A DNA stretch of 64,000 nucleotides from the NCBI GenBank assembly GCA_965203515.1, contig OZ241907.1:1-64000 (forward strand). The letters run 5' to 3'. Positions 47,994 to 55,678 of this stretch are shown one piece after another. The first letter of the stretch is position 1; the number at the start of each line of letters is the position of its first letter. The stretch is from Spirochaetia bacterium. GTDB lineage: Bacteria; Spirochaetota; Spirochaetia; SZUA-6; Bin103. Below the pieces are notes generated by a model. That model was not told where the DNA came from. It ran no database searches and saw only the letters and a list, made by a program, of their open reading frames with translations. The position numbers and the translations under genes are program-made.

Positions 47994-48483
47994 CACCATC
48001 TACGGCATCATCGGCGCCGCCCCGGCGGCGGAGGCGCGCATCCGCCGGATCAAGAGCCGAGCCGAGGATCGGCCGCTGCTGGTGCTGATCCCCGATCCCG
48101 AGTGGCTGTGGCGCTGCGGCGTGGGGGGCAAGCTGCCGGAACGCCTGCTGCGCTATTGGCCGGGCGCGCTGACCATCGTGTTCCCGCGTGCCGGCGGCGG
48201 CACGGTGGGGGTCCGCGTGCCGGACGATCCGTTCCTGCGCCGGCTGGCGCGTTGCGTGGACGCGCCGCTCTACTCGACCAGCGTCAACCGGTCCGGCCTG
48301 CCGCCGCTGTCGCGCGTGCGCCAGATCGTGGCCGCCTTCGGCGGATCCGTCGATCTGATCGTGGACGGCGGCGAGCTCGCGCCGCCGGTGGCGTCGACCG
48401 TGGTCGACGCCACCCGGCGGCCGTGCCGGCTGCTCAGGCGGGGCGCGGTGGAGCTGCCGGCGCGGGTGTTGGAGAACCCCTGA
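47911..48483 (+). CDS. tsaC: L-threonylcarbamoyladenylate synthase (Sua5/YrdC/TsaC); start uncertain
   Basis: LPGDTIYG, IKSR..RPL, WPGALT, GVRVP, STSVNRSG, STVVD. Confidence 0.92.
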   Translation: MLRRSHRRLAPICCRTLRRGGLAILPGDTIYGIIGAAPAAEARIRRIKSRAEDRPLLVLIPDPEWLWRCGVGGKLPERLLRYWPGALTIVFPRAGGGTVGVRVPDDPFLRRLARCVDAPLYSTSVNRSGLPPLSRVRQIVAAFGGSVDLIVDGGELAPPVASTVVDATRRPCRLLRRGAVELPARVLENP

Positions 48484-48487
48484 GCGA

Positions 48488-49345
48488 TCAGCGCGCGGAT
48501 GCCGGGTTGCCCGCCGGCGCCGACCCGGCCAGCAGGGCCGGCATCAGATGGCGGTAGTGGAACAGGAAGAGCTGCTGCACTCCGCCGAAGAAGCGGCGCT
48601 CCAGCTCGGCGCCGGCGCGGCCCAGATAGCGGAAGTGCCACGGCTCGTACTGATAGCCGGTGAGATCCTCCAGCCCCTGCGGGTAGGAGAGCGAGAAGCC
48701 GAAGCGCCACGCGTTGGCCAGTACCCACTGGCCCTCGCGCGTTTCCCCGTAGCCAAGGTCGATGCTGCCGAAATCGATGGCGGTGCCGAGTTGGTGCTGC
48801 GAATGACCGGGCCGGGCGACCAGCATCGACGCCTGCTCCGGACCTCGGCGTTCCACTTCGTAGTCGAACAGAAACGCCTGCCGGTTGAACGACCGGTAGG
48901 TGGATGAGACGGTCACGTCCGTGCCGGCCAGGCGCGCCGCCGCCGTCATGGCCGCCAGGTCGGGCAGGACGAACGCCCGGAGCTGCATCGACGACCGCGT
49001 GACCGTCAGGCCTCGATAATCGAGATCGATCAGATCGGGCGGGCGGTAGTCTTGGGCGAGCGCGTGCCGCTTGTCGACCAGCACCAGCAGGTCGGCCGGC
49101 TGGCTGCGCGTCTTGGCCATCAGATCCAGGAAGATGGCCGGCTCGGCCAGGATGCGTGTTCGCATCGACTCCGGAAGCGGTTCGAGCAGCGCCGTCAGTC
49201 CTTCCAGCGTGACGTCGAAGGCCGCGTGCAGCGGCGCCGGTTCCTGCGGCGCCGCGCACGCGGCCAGCGCGGCGACTGCCGCCAAGGCGACCGCCGCCAG
49301 GGCGATCGCCGGCGCGCGGCCGAGCCGGGCGCCGGCGGGGCTCAA
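48488..49345 (-). CDS. M15B (VanY/LdcB-like) carboxypeptidase lipoprotein; start TTG 49345 or ATG 49375
   Basis: Lipobox LAAC; SSTYRS, ARPGHSQHQLGTAID, YEPWHFRYLG. Confidence 0.9.
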   Translation of the reverse strand: MSPAGARLGRAPAIALAAVALAAVAALAACAAPQEPAPLHAAFDVTLEGLTALLEPLPESMRTRILAEPAIFLDLMAKTRSQPADLLVLVDKRHALAQDYRPPDLIDLDYRGLTVTRSSMQLRAFVLPDLAAMTAAARLAGTDVTVSSTYRSFNRQAFLFDYEVERRGPEQASMLVARPGHSQHQLGTAIDFGSIDLGYGETREGQWVLANAWRFGFSLSYPQGLEDLTGYQYEPWHFRYLGRAGAELERRFFGGVQQLFLFHYRHLMPALLAGSAPAGNPASAR

Positions 49346-49377
49346 AGGACGATCTCCACGACCTGTTCCATGCATCC

Positions 49378-49418
49378 AGAGTAGGGAGGTTGTCGCTCAG
49401 GCGACAACCTCCTATGGT
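49378..49418. promoter_or_regulatory. Symmetric bidirectional promoter built on a 12-bp perfect inverted repeat
   Basis: GGAGGTTGTCGC-TCAG-GCGACAACCTCC; plus strand TTGTCG-N17-TATGGT, minus strand TTGTCG-N18-TACTCT. Confidence 0.65.
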
Positions 49419-49442
49419 CACGCCATCGCCCCGGTTCGTGCC

Positions 49443-50192
49443 GTGACGCGCCGCCACCTCAGCTCGCCGGCTCTCATTCTGCGCACCACGCCGGTGGGGG
49501 AGATCCACCGGCTGGTCACGCTCCTCAGCCCATCGGTCGGCTTGGTCCGCGCCGTGGCGTACGGCGCGGCGAAGACCACCAGCCGCCTGCGGTTGGCTAC
49601 CCTGCTGTTCATGCATGCCGACCTGCGCGTCTATCGCGACCCGGTCAAGGATCACTACAAGATCACGGAGATCGCGTGCCGGGAAGACTTCGGCGGCATT
49701 CGCGCCAGCGTGACCTGCTACTTCGCGGCATCGCTCTGGGCCGAGGTGGTGCTCAGGTCGCCGGGCGCGGTCGAGCCGGCCGATCTGTACGCACTGTTGC
49801 TCGACTGCCTGCTGGCGCTGCACGCTTCCGGCCCCGCCGTGCAGCGCGGCATCTCCGCGCAGTTCATCTGGCGCTATCTGAGCCTGTCCGGCCTGCAGCC
49901 CGACCTGCACGGCTGCGCGGCATGCGACCGGCCGCTGGCGCCGCCGGTCGCCGGCTACCTGTCGGAGCGGTACGGCGACATCCGTTGCGCCGACTGTCGC
50001 GCCCCGTCCGACCCGGCGTTCAGCGCCGGTGCGCGCGCCTACCTCAGCCACACGGAGAAGCTGACTCCGGCGCGCGCCGCGGCCGTGCGCCTGCAGGATG
50101 ACCGCGGGTTGAGCGCCGTCCTCTATCGCATGGTGCAACGGGCGCTCGATACGCCGCTGGCAGCGCTGCAGGCGGGCGTCGGGCTGCTGTGA
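49443..50192 (+). CDS. recO: DNA repair protein RecO
   Basis: GEIHRLVTLLSP..GLVRAVAYGA..SRL; GLQPDL..CAAC..CADC zinc finger. Confidence 0.92.
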   Translation: MTRRHLSSPALILRTTPVGEIHRLVTLLSPSVGLVRAVAYGAAKTTSRLRLATLLFMHADLRVYRDPVKDHYKITEIACREDFGGIRASVTCYFAASLWAEVVLRSPGAVEPADLYALLLDCLLALHASGPAVQRGISAQFIWRYLSLSGLQPDLHGCAACDRPLAPPVAGYLSERYGDIRCADCRAPSDPAFSAGARAYLSHTEKLTPARAAAVRLQDDRGLSAVLYRMVQRALDTPLAALQAGVGLL

Positions 50193-50258
50193 GACCGCCG
50201 GCTGGCGTGACGGTCGGGCTGACGTGATGGGCCGGGCTGACGTGATGGGCCGGTAGCG

Positions 50259-50801
50259 GTGCGCGTGTTCTTCGGACTGCCGGTCCCGGAGCCCGCGGCG
50301 ACCCGCCTGGAAGCGTGGCGCCGTGCGGTCGGTTCGGAGCTGCCGGACGCACGGCTGATTCCGCCGGCCAATCTCCACGTGACGCTCGACTTCATCGGCG
50401 AGGTGGATGAAGCGGAGGTGGGCCGGCTCAGCGGCATCTGCCGGGAGCTGGCCGCGGGCGCGGCGCCGATCCCGGCTGCGCTCGCCGGTCTTGGGCTGCT
50501 GCCGTCCGCGGCACGGCCGCGCGTCGTCTATCTCGGCATAGACGACGGCGCCGACGAGCTGCGGGACCTGGCGGATGCGCTGCGCCGGCTCGCCGGCCGG
50601 CAGGACCGCCGGTTTCTGGCGCACGTCACCGTGGCGCGCGTCCGCCGCGTGCCGCAGCCGGCCGGCGAGCGCCTCCGCCGACTGCGGCTGCCGGCGGCGC
50701 ACGGCACGTTTCGATCACTGGTGCTCTTCCGATCGGTGCTGCAGCCGGCCGGCGCTTCGTATCAGCCGCTGCAGGCCGCCGAGTTGGGCGGCGCCGGATG
50801 A
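50259..50801 (+). CDS. thpR: RNA 2',3'-cyclic phosphodiesterase (2'-5' RNA ligase)
   Basis: Two HxT motifs (NLHVTLDF, AHVTVAR), RSVL..GASY. Confidence 0.92.
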   Translation: MRVFFGLPVPEPAATRLEAWRRAVGSELPDARLIPPANLHVTLDFIGEVDEAEVGRLSGICRELAAGAAPIPAALAGLGLLPSAARPRVVYLGIDDGADELRDLADALRRLAGRQDRRFLAHVTVARVRRVPQPAGERLRRLRLPAAHGTFRSLVLFRSVLQPAGASYQPLQAAELGGAG

Positions 50802-52534
50802 GCGGCTCCTCCCGGCCGGATTGGCGGCTGCCGCGCGTGGCGGGCTCGGCGGTCCGCGCCGTCGCCGGCCGTCACCGGATCGATCGGCTTCTGGCGACCG
50901 TGCTGGTCCGCCGGGGGGTCACGGAACCGGACGAGGTGGCGGCGTTCCTGGGCCGCGGCGCGGCGCCGGCGCCGCGGCTGCACGGCCTGCCGGCGGCGGT
51001 CGAGCGCCTCCGCCGCTACGGAGAGCAGCCGGTCTACGTGTTCGGCGATCCGGACGTGGACGGCATCGCCGCCGCGGCGATCCTGGTGGAACTGCTCCGC
51101 GGTGTCGGCGCACGGGTCCGGTGGCGCATTCCGCCGGGCGGCCGCCATGGGCTGCGCGCCGGCGACCTGCGGTCGGCGCAGGAGGCGGATGCGGGATTGC
51201 TGGTCTGCGTGGACTGCACGATCGGCCACGCGGAGGCCGCGTGGGCCGCGCGGAACGGCATCGACGTGCTGGTGGTCGACCACCACCGGCCGCTCGACGG
51301 CGTGCCGGCAACCGTAGTGATGCTCAACCCGGCGGTGCCGGAAGGCGGCCGGTCGGATCATCGTCTGGCCGCCGGCGCGGTCGCGCTGAGGCTCGCCGGA
51401 GCGGTGCGGGATGCGCTGGTGCGCTCGGACGCGCCGGGCCGCCCGGACGCGCCCGAGCTGCCGTACGACTTGGCGGCGCTCAGCACGTTGGCCGACCGGA
51501 TGCCGCTTACCGGCGAGAACCGGCGCATCACCGCTCGCGGCCTCGGGATGATGGCGCGGGCCGGCCGCCCCGGGCTGCAGGAGCTGTGGATTCGGGTGCG
51601 CCGCTCCGTGCCGGAGCCGACCGCCGAACAGGTCAGCCGCCTGCTCAACCCGGTGATCGGCGCCGCGGGGCGCTACGGAGAAGGGGACCATGCCGTGGCG
51701 CTTCTGGTGAGCGGGGTGCGCGCCGAGTGCGCGGACCTTGCCGATCGGTTGCTGGAGCTCGATGCGCGACGCCGCCGCGAGACGGCGGTCGCATGGAGCC
51801 GGCTGATGCCCAGGGCTCGCCGACTGGCGCGCGATCATCCCGGCGCGCAATGTCTGGTGGTCGACGACCCGGAGCTGGGCCGGGGTCTGACGGGCCCGTT
51901 GGCCTATCGGCTGAGCCGCTTTCTGCGCAGATCGGTAGCGGTCGTCACCGGTGACGAAGGCTCGATCAGCGGCTCGATCCGCAGTCCGGCAGACGGCGCT
52001 GACGCGCTGCGCCTCCTGGCGGACGCGGACGGCCTGCTCAGGACGCGCGGCGGCCACTGCAGCGCCGCCGGGTTCGTGGCGCCGGCAGGCGCCTTGGCCG
52101 AGCTGCGTCGGCGCTGGTGCGATCCGCCGGGCGACGGCCGGGTCGCGCATGGAGCGGCCGATCCGGTTCGATGCCTCGATGCGGAGCTGCCGGCGCACGC
52201 CCTGACCCCGGCGCTGGACCGGCTCGTTGCCGCGGTCGAGCCGACCGGGATCGGCAACGGCCCGCTGGTGTTCAGGACGCGCGGCCTTGAGGTGGCGGAG
52301 GTGAGCCTGTTCGGCCGCGGTTCGGAGCACTGCAAGTTGTTGCTGGACGCCGGGTCGTATCGCTGGCCGGCGCTGTACTGGGGCGCCGGCGCTGCGGCCG
52401 GCAGAGAGATCGTCCCCGGCGACGTGGTGGACGTGGTGTACCGCCTGGAACCTGGCTACGCGGACGGCGAGCGCCGGTTGCGCATGGTCGTGCTCGATCT
52501 GCGCCGATGGCGGGCACCGGCTCGGGCGGTTTGA
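50798..52534 (+). CDS. recJ: Single-stranded DNA exonuclease RecJ (DHH family)
   Basis: GDPDVDG, VDC, VDHH, TLADRMPL.GENR, GSIRS, GGH..AAGF. Confidence 0.88.
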   Translation: MSGSSRPDWRLPRVAGSAVRAVAGRHRIDRLLATVLVRRGVTEPDEVAAFLGRGAAPAPRLHGLPAAVERLRRYGEQPVYVFGDPDVDGIAAAAILVELLRGVGARVRWRIPPGGRHGLRAGDLRSAQEADAGLLVCVDCTIGHAEAAWAARNGIDVLVVDHHRPLDGVPATVVMLNPAVPEGGRSDHRLAAGAVALRLAGAVRDALVRSDAPGRPDAPELPYDLAALSTLADRMPLTGENRRITARGLGMMARAGRPGLQELWIRVRRSVPEPTAEQVSRLLNPVIGAAGRYGEGDHAVALLVSGVRAECADLADRLLELDARRRRETAVAWSRLMPRARRLARDHPGAQCLVVDDPELGRGLTGPLAYRLSRFLRRSVAVVTGDEGSISGSIRSPADGADALRLLADADGLLRTRGGHCSAAGFVAPAGALAELRRRWCDPPGDGRVAHGAADPVRCLDAELPAHALTPALDRLVAAVEPTGIGNGPLVFRTRGLEVAEVSLFGRGSEHCKLLLDAGSYRWPALYWGAGAAAGREIVPGDVVDVVYRLEPGYADGERRLRMVVLDLRRWRAPARAV

Positions 52535-52558
52535 CAGAGCCGCGTCTGCGGCTATGAT
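52531..52558 (+). promoter_or_regulatory. rpsU promoter TTGACA-N16-TATGAT
   Basis: Near-consensus; overlaps recJ stop codon. Confidence 0.65.
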
Positions 52559-52617
52559 GGACGCCTGTGAGTCGGCTGGCGCTACGCGCCGGCGGGCCGC
52601 AGAAGGAGGAGAGGACC

Positions 52618-52827
52618 ATAGCGTTCGTGCAAGTCGGTGAAGAGGAACTTCTCGAAAAAGCGCTGAAACGATTCAAGCGGATCGTCGAGAAGGAAGGAAT
52701 CGTCCGTGAATGGAAGCGGCGGGAGTACTTCGAGAAGCCGTCGACCGTTCGCAACAAGCGGCGCAAGGCGATGGAACGCAAGCGCCTGAAGAAGCTGCGT
52801 AAGATACAGACACAGCAGAAGCGCTAG
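52618..52827 (+). CDS. rpsU: 30S ribosomal protein S21; probable ATA start (alternative GTG 52567)
   Basis: [33 protein letters not shown] 8 nt before ATA. Confidence 0.96.
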   Translation: MAFVQVGEEELLEKALKRFKRIVEKEGIVREWKRREYFEKPSTVRNKRRKAMERKRLKKLRKIQTQQKR

Positions 52828-52876
52828 GATCGTCAGGGCGCAACCGCGCGGCGGCGCGGCGTGGGTTGGCCCGGGC

Positions 52877-52905
52877 TTGACGGGCGGCTTCCGTTCTGTT
52901 ACGCT
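52877..52905 (+). promoter_or_regulatory. tRNA-fMet promoter TTGACG-N17-TACGCT
   Basis: Sequence match with extended TG. Confidence 0.6.
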
Positions 52906-52922
52906 ATCATTTGACCAGAAGA

Positions 52923-52995
52923 CGCAGGGTAGAGCAGTTGGCAGCTCGTCGGGCTCATAACCCGGAGGTCGCAGGTTCGAATCCTGCCCCTGCTA
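52923..52995 (+). tRNA. Initiator tRNA-fMet(CAT)
   Basis: Unpaired C1:U72, three G-C pairs closing the anticodon stem, CTCATAA loop. Confidence 0.95.
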
Positions 52996-53104
52996 TTCGT
53001 TTCCAGAGACGGCGCAACCCGGTCGATCAGGCTGGGTCCTGGTCATCGGTGGCCCGATGGCCGTCGAGCGCAGACTGGTCAAGTGCTGGCTGTCTGCCGG
53101 CAGG

Positions 53105-53219
53105 TGGCCGGGCATCCCGACCCTGACGATGCGACGACCGTGCCGATTTCGGCCGTGCTGATTTCGACCCGGCCGATGATGACCCGACCGATGATGACCC
53201 TGGCCGGCCATCCCGATCC
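53105..53219. repeat. Four degenerate 15-bp units (53138-53197) flanked by an imperfect 19-bp direct repeat
   Basis: CCGTGCCGATTTCGG/CCGTGCTGATTTCGA/CCCGGCCGATGATGA/CCCGACCGATGATGA; TGGCCGG.CATCCCGA.CC at 53105 and 53201. Confidence 0.6.
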
Positions 53220-53255
53220 GGTGCCCCGCACCGGGGCGGGAACGGGGTGGAAAGG

Positions 53256-53328
53256 TAGCGGCGAAGGGATTCGAACCCCTGCCCCAGCGGATATGAGCCG
53301 CTTGCTCTGCCAACTGAGCTACGCCGCC
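53256..53328 (-). tRNA. tRNA-Met(CAT), elongator type
   Basis: GGCGGCG/CGCCGCT acceptor stem, AGCGG-CTCATAT-CCGCT anticodon arm; own promoter TTGACA-N18-TATCGT at 53338-53367. Confidence 0.9.
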
Positions 53329-53357
53329 ATGCGCTTCACGATAAGCGTACCCGGGCC

Positions 53358-55145
53358 GTGATGTCAAGCTCCGGCGAGGTGTCCGGCCGGAACCGTCAGG
53401 GGGAGCTGATCGCGTTGGGCGCGCTCGCGGCAGCGGTGGCGGTCTTCTACCTGGCGCGTCTGATCGCCGGCGCCGAACCGGCTGTCCGTGCCGGCGGACC
53501 GCCCGCCGGCGCCCAGGTGCGGCCGCTCGACCGCGTGCTCATCCCCGCGACGGCCGCCGGGCTGCTCGTCGCCGGCTACCTTCTGCTGCGCTGCATCGCC
53601 TATCGGCCGACGTGTCGTATGGCGGCGCTGGCCGTCTTCAGCCACGCGGTCGCCGTGGCCGCGCGGCCGTTCTCCGCGGAGTCGGTGCTCAGCCACGCCT
53701 TTGCGCAGAGCGGCGCCGTTACCCCCTGGCTCCTGGTCCTGGCGGTGCTGGCGTTGCCGCAGCGCCGCTGGCCGGGGAGCGCGCGGGCCGCCGCCGCGAT
53801 CGGCATCGGATTCGCCGGGCTGACGGCGGCGGTCCGGGTCGTCGCCTTCTCGGCGGCCGCGGCCGGCGATCAGCGTTGGCTGGCGCGTCACGAGCTTGCC
53901 GGCGCCGTCGCCGACGGCGGCACGGCGGTCGCCGTGGCCGCCGCCCTGACCCTGTTGCTCGCGGCGTACCGGAGTCCGCGGGCGGGACAGGCGCGGGAAG
54001 CGGTCCTGTGGATCATCGGCGGAGCGCTGGTGTCGCTGCCCGCGTGGCTGCTGCTGCGGCTTCCGGCGTACGCCGTTGATCGCGCCGCGGCCGGCGGCGT
54101 CTCGTGGTCGGCGGGAGCGGTCGCCGATCTGTTGCTCCTGCCCTTGCCGGTCTTCTTCCTGGTCGGTACCCAGCGCATTCAGAGCGTCGATCAGCGCCGG
54201 GCGGCCAATCGGTTCGTGGCGACGGTGATAGTCCTCACGGTGCTGTTCCTCTCCGTCGCGATCGCCGGCGACTACCCGCAGCGGCAGATCGTGGACAGCT
54301 ACGGGCTGGGGGATCGCGTCGCCGCGTTTCTGGTGCTCGGTCCCTCGTTCATCGCGCTGTTCGCGCTCCATGCCCTGCTGGTTCGGGCGTTCGATCGCGC
54401 CGGCGGCGCGGGGCGCGCGACGGCGCCGGCGACCGGCGGCACGGACGGCTCCCGCGGCGTGCGGGACGTGCGCATGTTGGCGCGAGCGCTGCATCGTTCG
54501 CTCGGCGGCTCCCTGAGCGCGGCGGCCGGCGCCTTGCAGGCGCTGGAGTTCGAGCTGGAGGCGGAACGAGATCGCTCCCCGCAGACGGATGTCGCTTCGC
54601 GGCAGCTGCCGCGCGACGCCCTGGACAGCATCCGCGGGTTTCGGCAGACGGCCCTGACCGTGCTCGCGGCGTTGCGACGGCTCGACGCCGGCACCAGGTC
54701 CGGGAGCGCCGTGGTCGCCGTGCAGGTCTCCGATCTGTTCGCGGCTGCATACCGGCGCGCCGTGCGAAGCAGCGACATGCGCGTAGTGTTGACCGACGGA
54801 GGAGATCTGTTCGTGGCGTGCGACCCCGCAGAGCTGGCGCGTGCGGTGGCCGAGCTGCTGCTGAACGCGGAAGAAGCGGGCCTTCGCCCGCGCGCGCGCA
54901 TCACCATGCGGGCGCGCCCGCAGGGCGGCGAGGTCGTCATCGAGGTCGAAGACTCGGGAGCCCGCCCGCTCGGCCCGGCGCGGTCGCGCGTGTTCGAGCC
55001 GTTCTACTCGACCAAGCCCGGCCACGATGGACTCGGTCTCTACATCAGCCGCGCGCTCGTCGAGCACAACGGCGGCTCGCTCGTGCTGGAGCGCGGTACC
55101 GAGGGTACCTGCGCGGTCGTGACCCTGCCGGCGGCCCGCCCATGA
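53358..55145 (+). CDS. Multi-TM sensor histidine kinase-like protein with degenerate H-box; start may be GTG 53379
   Basis: Many TM segments; ELLLNAEEA, VEDSG, VFEPFYSTK, GLGLYISR. Confidence 0.8.
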   Translation: MMSSSGEVSGRNRQGELIALGALAAAVAVFYLARLIAGAEPAVRAGGPPAGAQVRPLDRVLIPATAAGLLVAGYLLLRCIAYRPTCRMAALAVFSHAVAVAARPFSAESVLSHAFAQSGAVTPWLLVLAVLALPQRRWPGSARAAAAIGIGFAGLTAAVRVVAFSAAAAGDQRWLARHELAGAVADGGTAVAVAAALTLLLAAYRSPRAGQAREAVLWIIGGALVSLPAWLLLRLPAYAVDRAAAGGVSWSAGAVADLLLLPLPVFFLVGTQRIQSVDQRRAANRFVATVIVLTVLFLSVAIAGDYPQRQIVDSYGLGDRVAAFLVLGPSFIALFALHALLVRAFDRAGGAGRATAPATGGTDGSRGVRDVRMLARALHRSLGGSLSAAAGALQALEFELEAERDRSPQTDVASRQLPRDALDSIRGFRQTALTVLAALRRLDAGTRSGSAVVAVQVSDLFAAAYRRAVRSSDMRVVLTDGGDLFVACDPAELARAVAELLLNAEEAGLRPRARITMRARPQGGEVVIEVEDSGARPLGPARSRVFEPFYSTKPGHDGLGLYISRALVEHNGGSLVLERGTEGTCAVVTLPAARP

Positions 55146-55603
55146 CGATCCATACCGACGGCGGCTGCCAGGGGAATCCCGGTCCGGGCGCCTGGGCATA
55201 CGTGGTTCAGACGGCTGGCGGGCAGGTGAGCGGGGCCGGCTACGCGGGTCGCACGACCAACAACCGCATGGAGCTGGAGGCGGTGATCCGGGCGTTGCAG
55301 CTGGCCTGCGAACGGGCGGACGGGCCCGTCACGGTGATCACGGACTCACGCTACGTGGAGGGCGGCGTCGAGGAGTGGATCCCCCGGTGGGAGGCCAACG
55401 GCTGGAGGACCAGATCGGGGTCGCCGGTCAAGAACCGCGAACTCTGGCAGGAGCTGCAGGAGATGAAGCGGGCGTTGCAGGCCCGCGGCTTCTCTGTCGA
55501 ATTGCGGCGGGTGCGCGGCCACGCCGGCGTGGAACTCAACGAAGCATGCCATCGGCTGGTCACCAGGACGATCGCCGCCGGGCGGAAGGGGCGCCGGGGA
55601 TAG
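55142..55603 (+). CDS. rnhA: Ribonuclease HI
   Basis: IHTDGGCQGNPGPG, TTNNRMEL, TDSRYV, W..NGWRT..VKNRELW, VRGHAG. Confidence 0.97.
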   Translation: MTIHTDGGCQGNPGPGAWAYVVQTAGGQVSGAGYAGRTTNNRMELEAVIRALQLACERADGPVTVITDSRYVEGGVEEWIPRWEANGWRTRSGSPVKNRELWQELQEMKRALQARGFSVELRRVRGHAGVELNEACHRLVTRTIAAGRKGRRG

Positions 55604-55678
55604 AAGCGCCGCCGCCGTTTCGTGCGCTTTCTGCCATGACGGGTGTCCGACGCGGCGCCCGGGGGAGGTCTCAGGCAG

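Noticed and set aside
49342..49357. prfB-like +1 frameshift at GGAG-ATC-GTC-CTT-TGA in the uORF
   Set aside because: The downstream gene is in the -1/+2 frame relative to the uORF, and SD spacing differs from the prfB cassette
53256..53328. tRNA-Ile2 (lysidine) assignment for the second CAT tRNA
   Set aside because: Acceptor stem GGCGGCG has G4/G5 as in elongator Met rather than the C4/C5 TilS determinants; not fully excluded
54104..55141. Long N-terminal extension of RNase HI (499-aa ORF)
   Set aside because: Extension is an alternate frame of the histidine kinase; the true start is ATG 55142 overlapping the kinase stop
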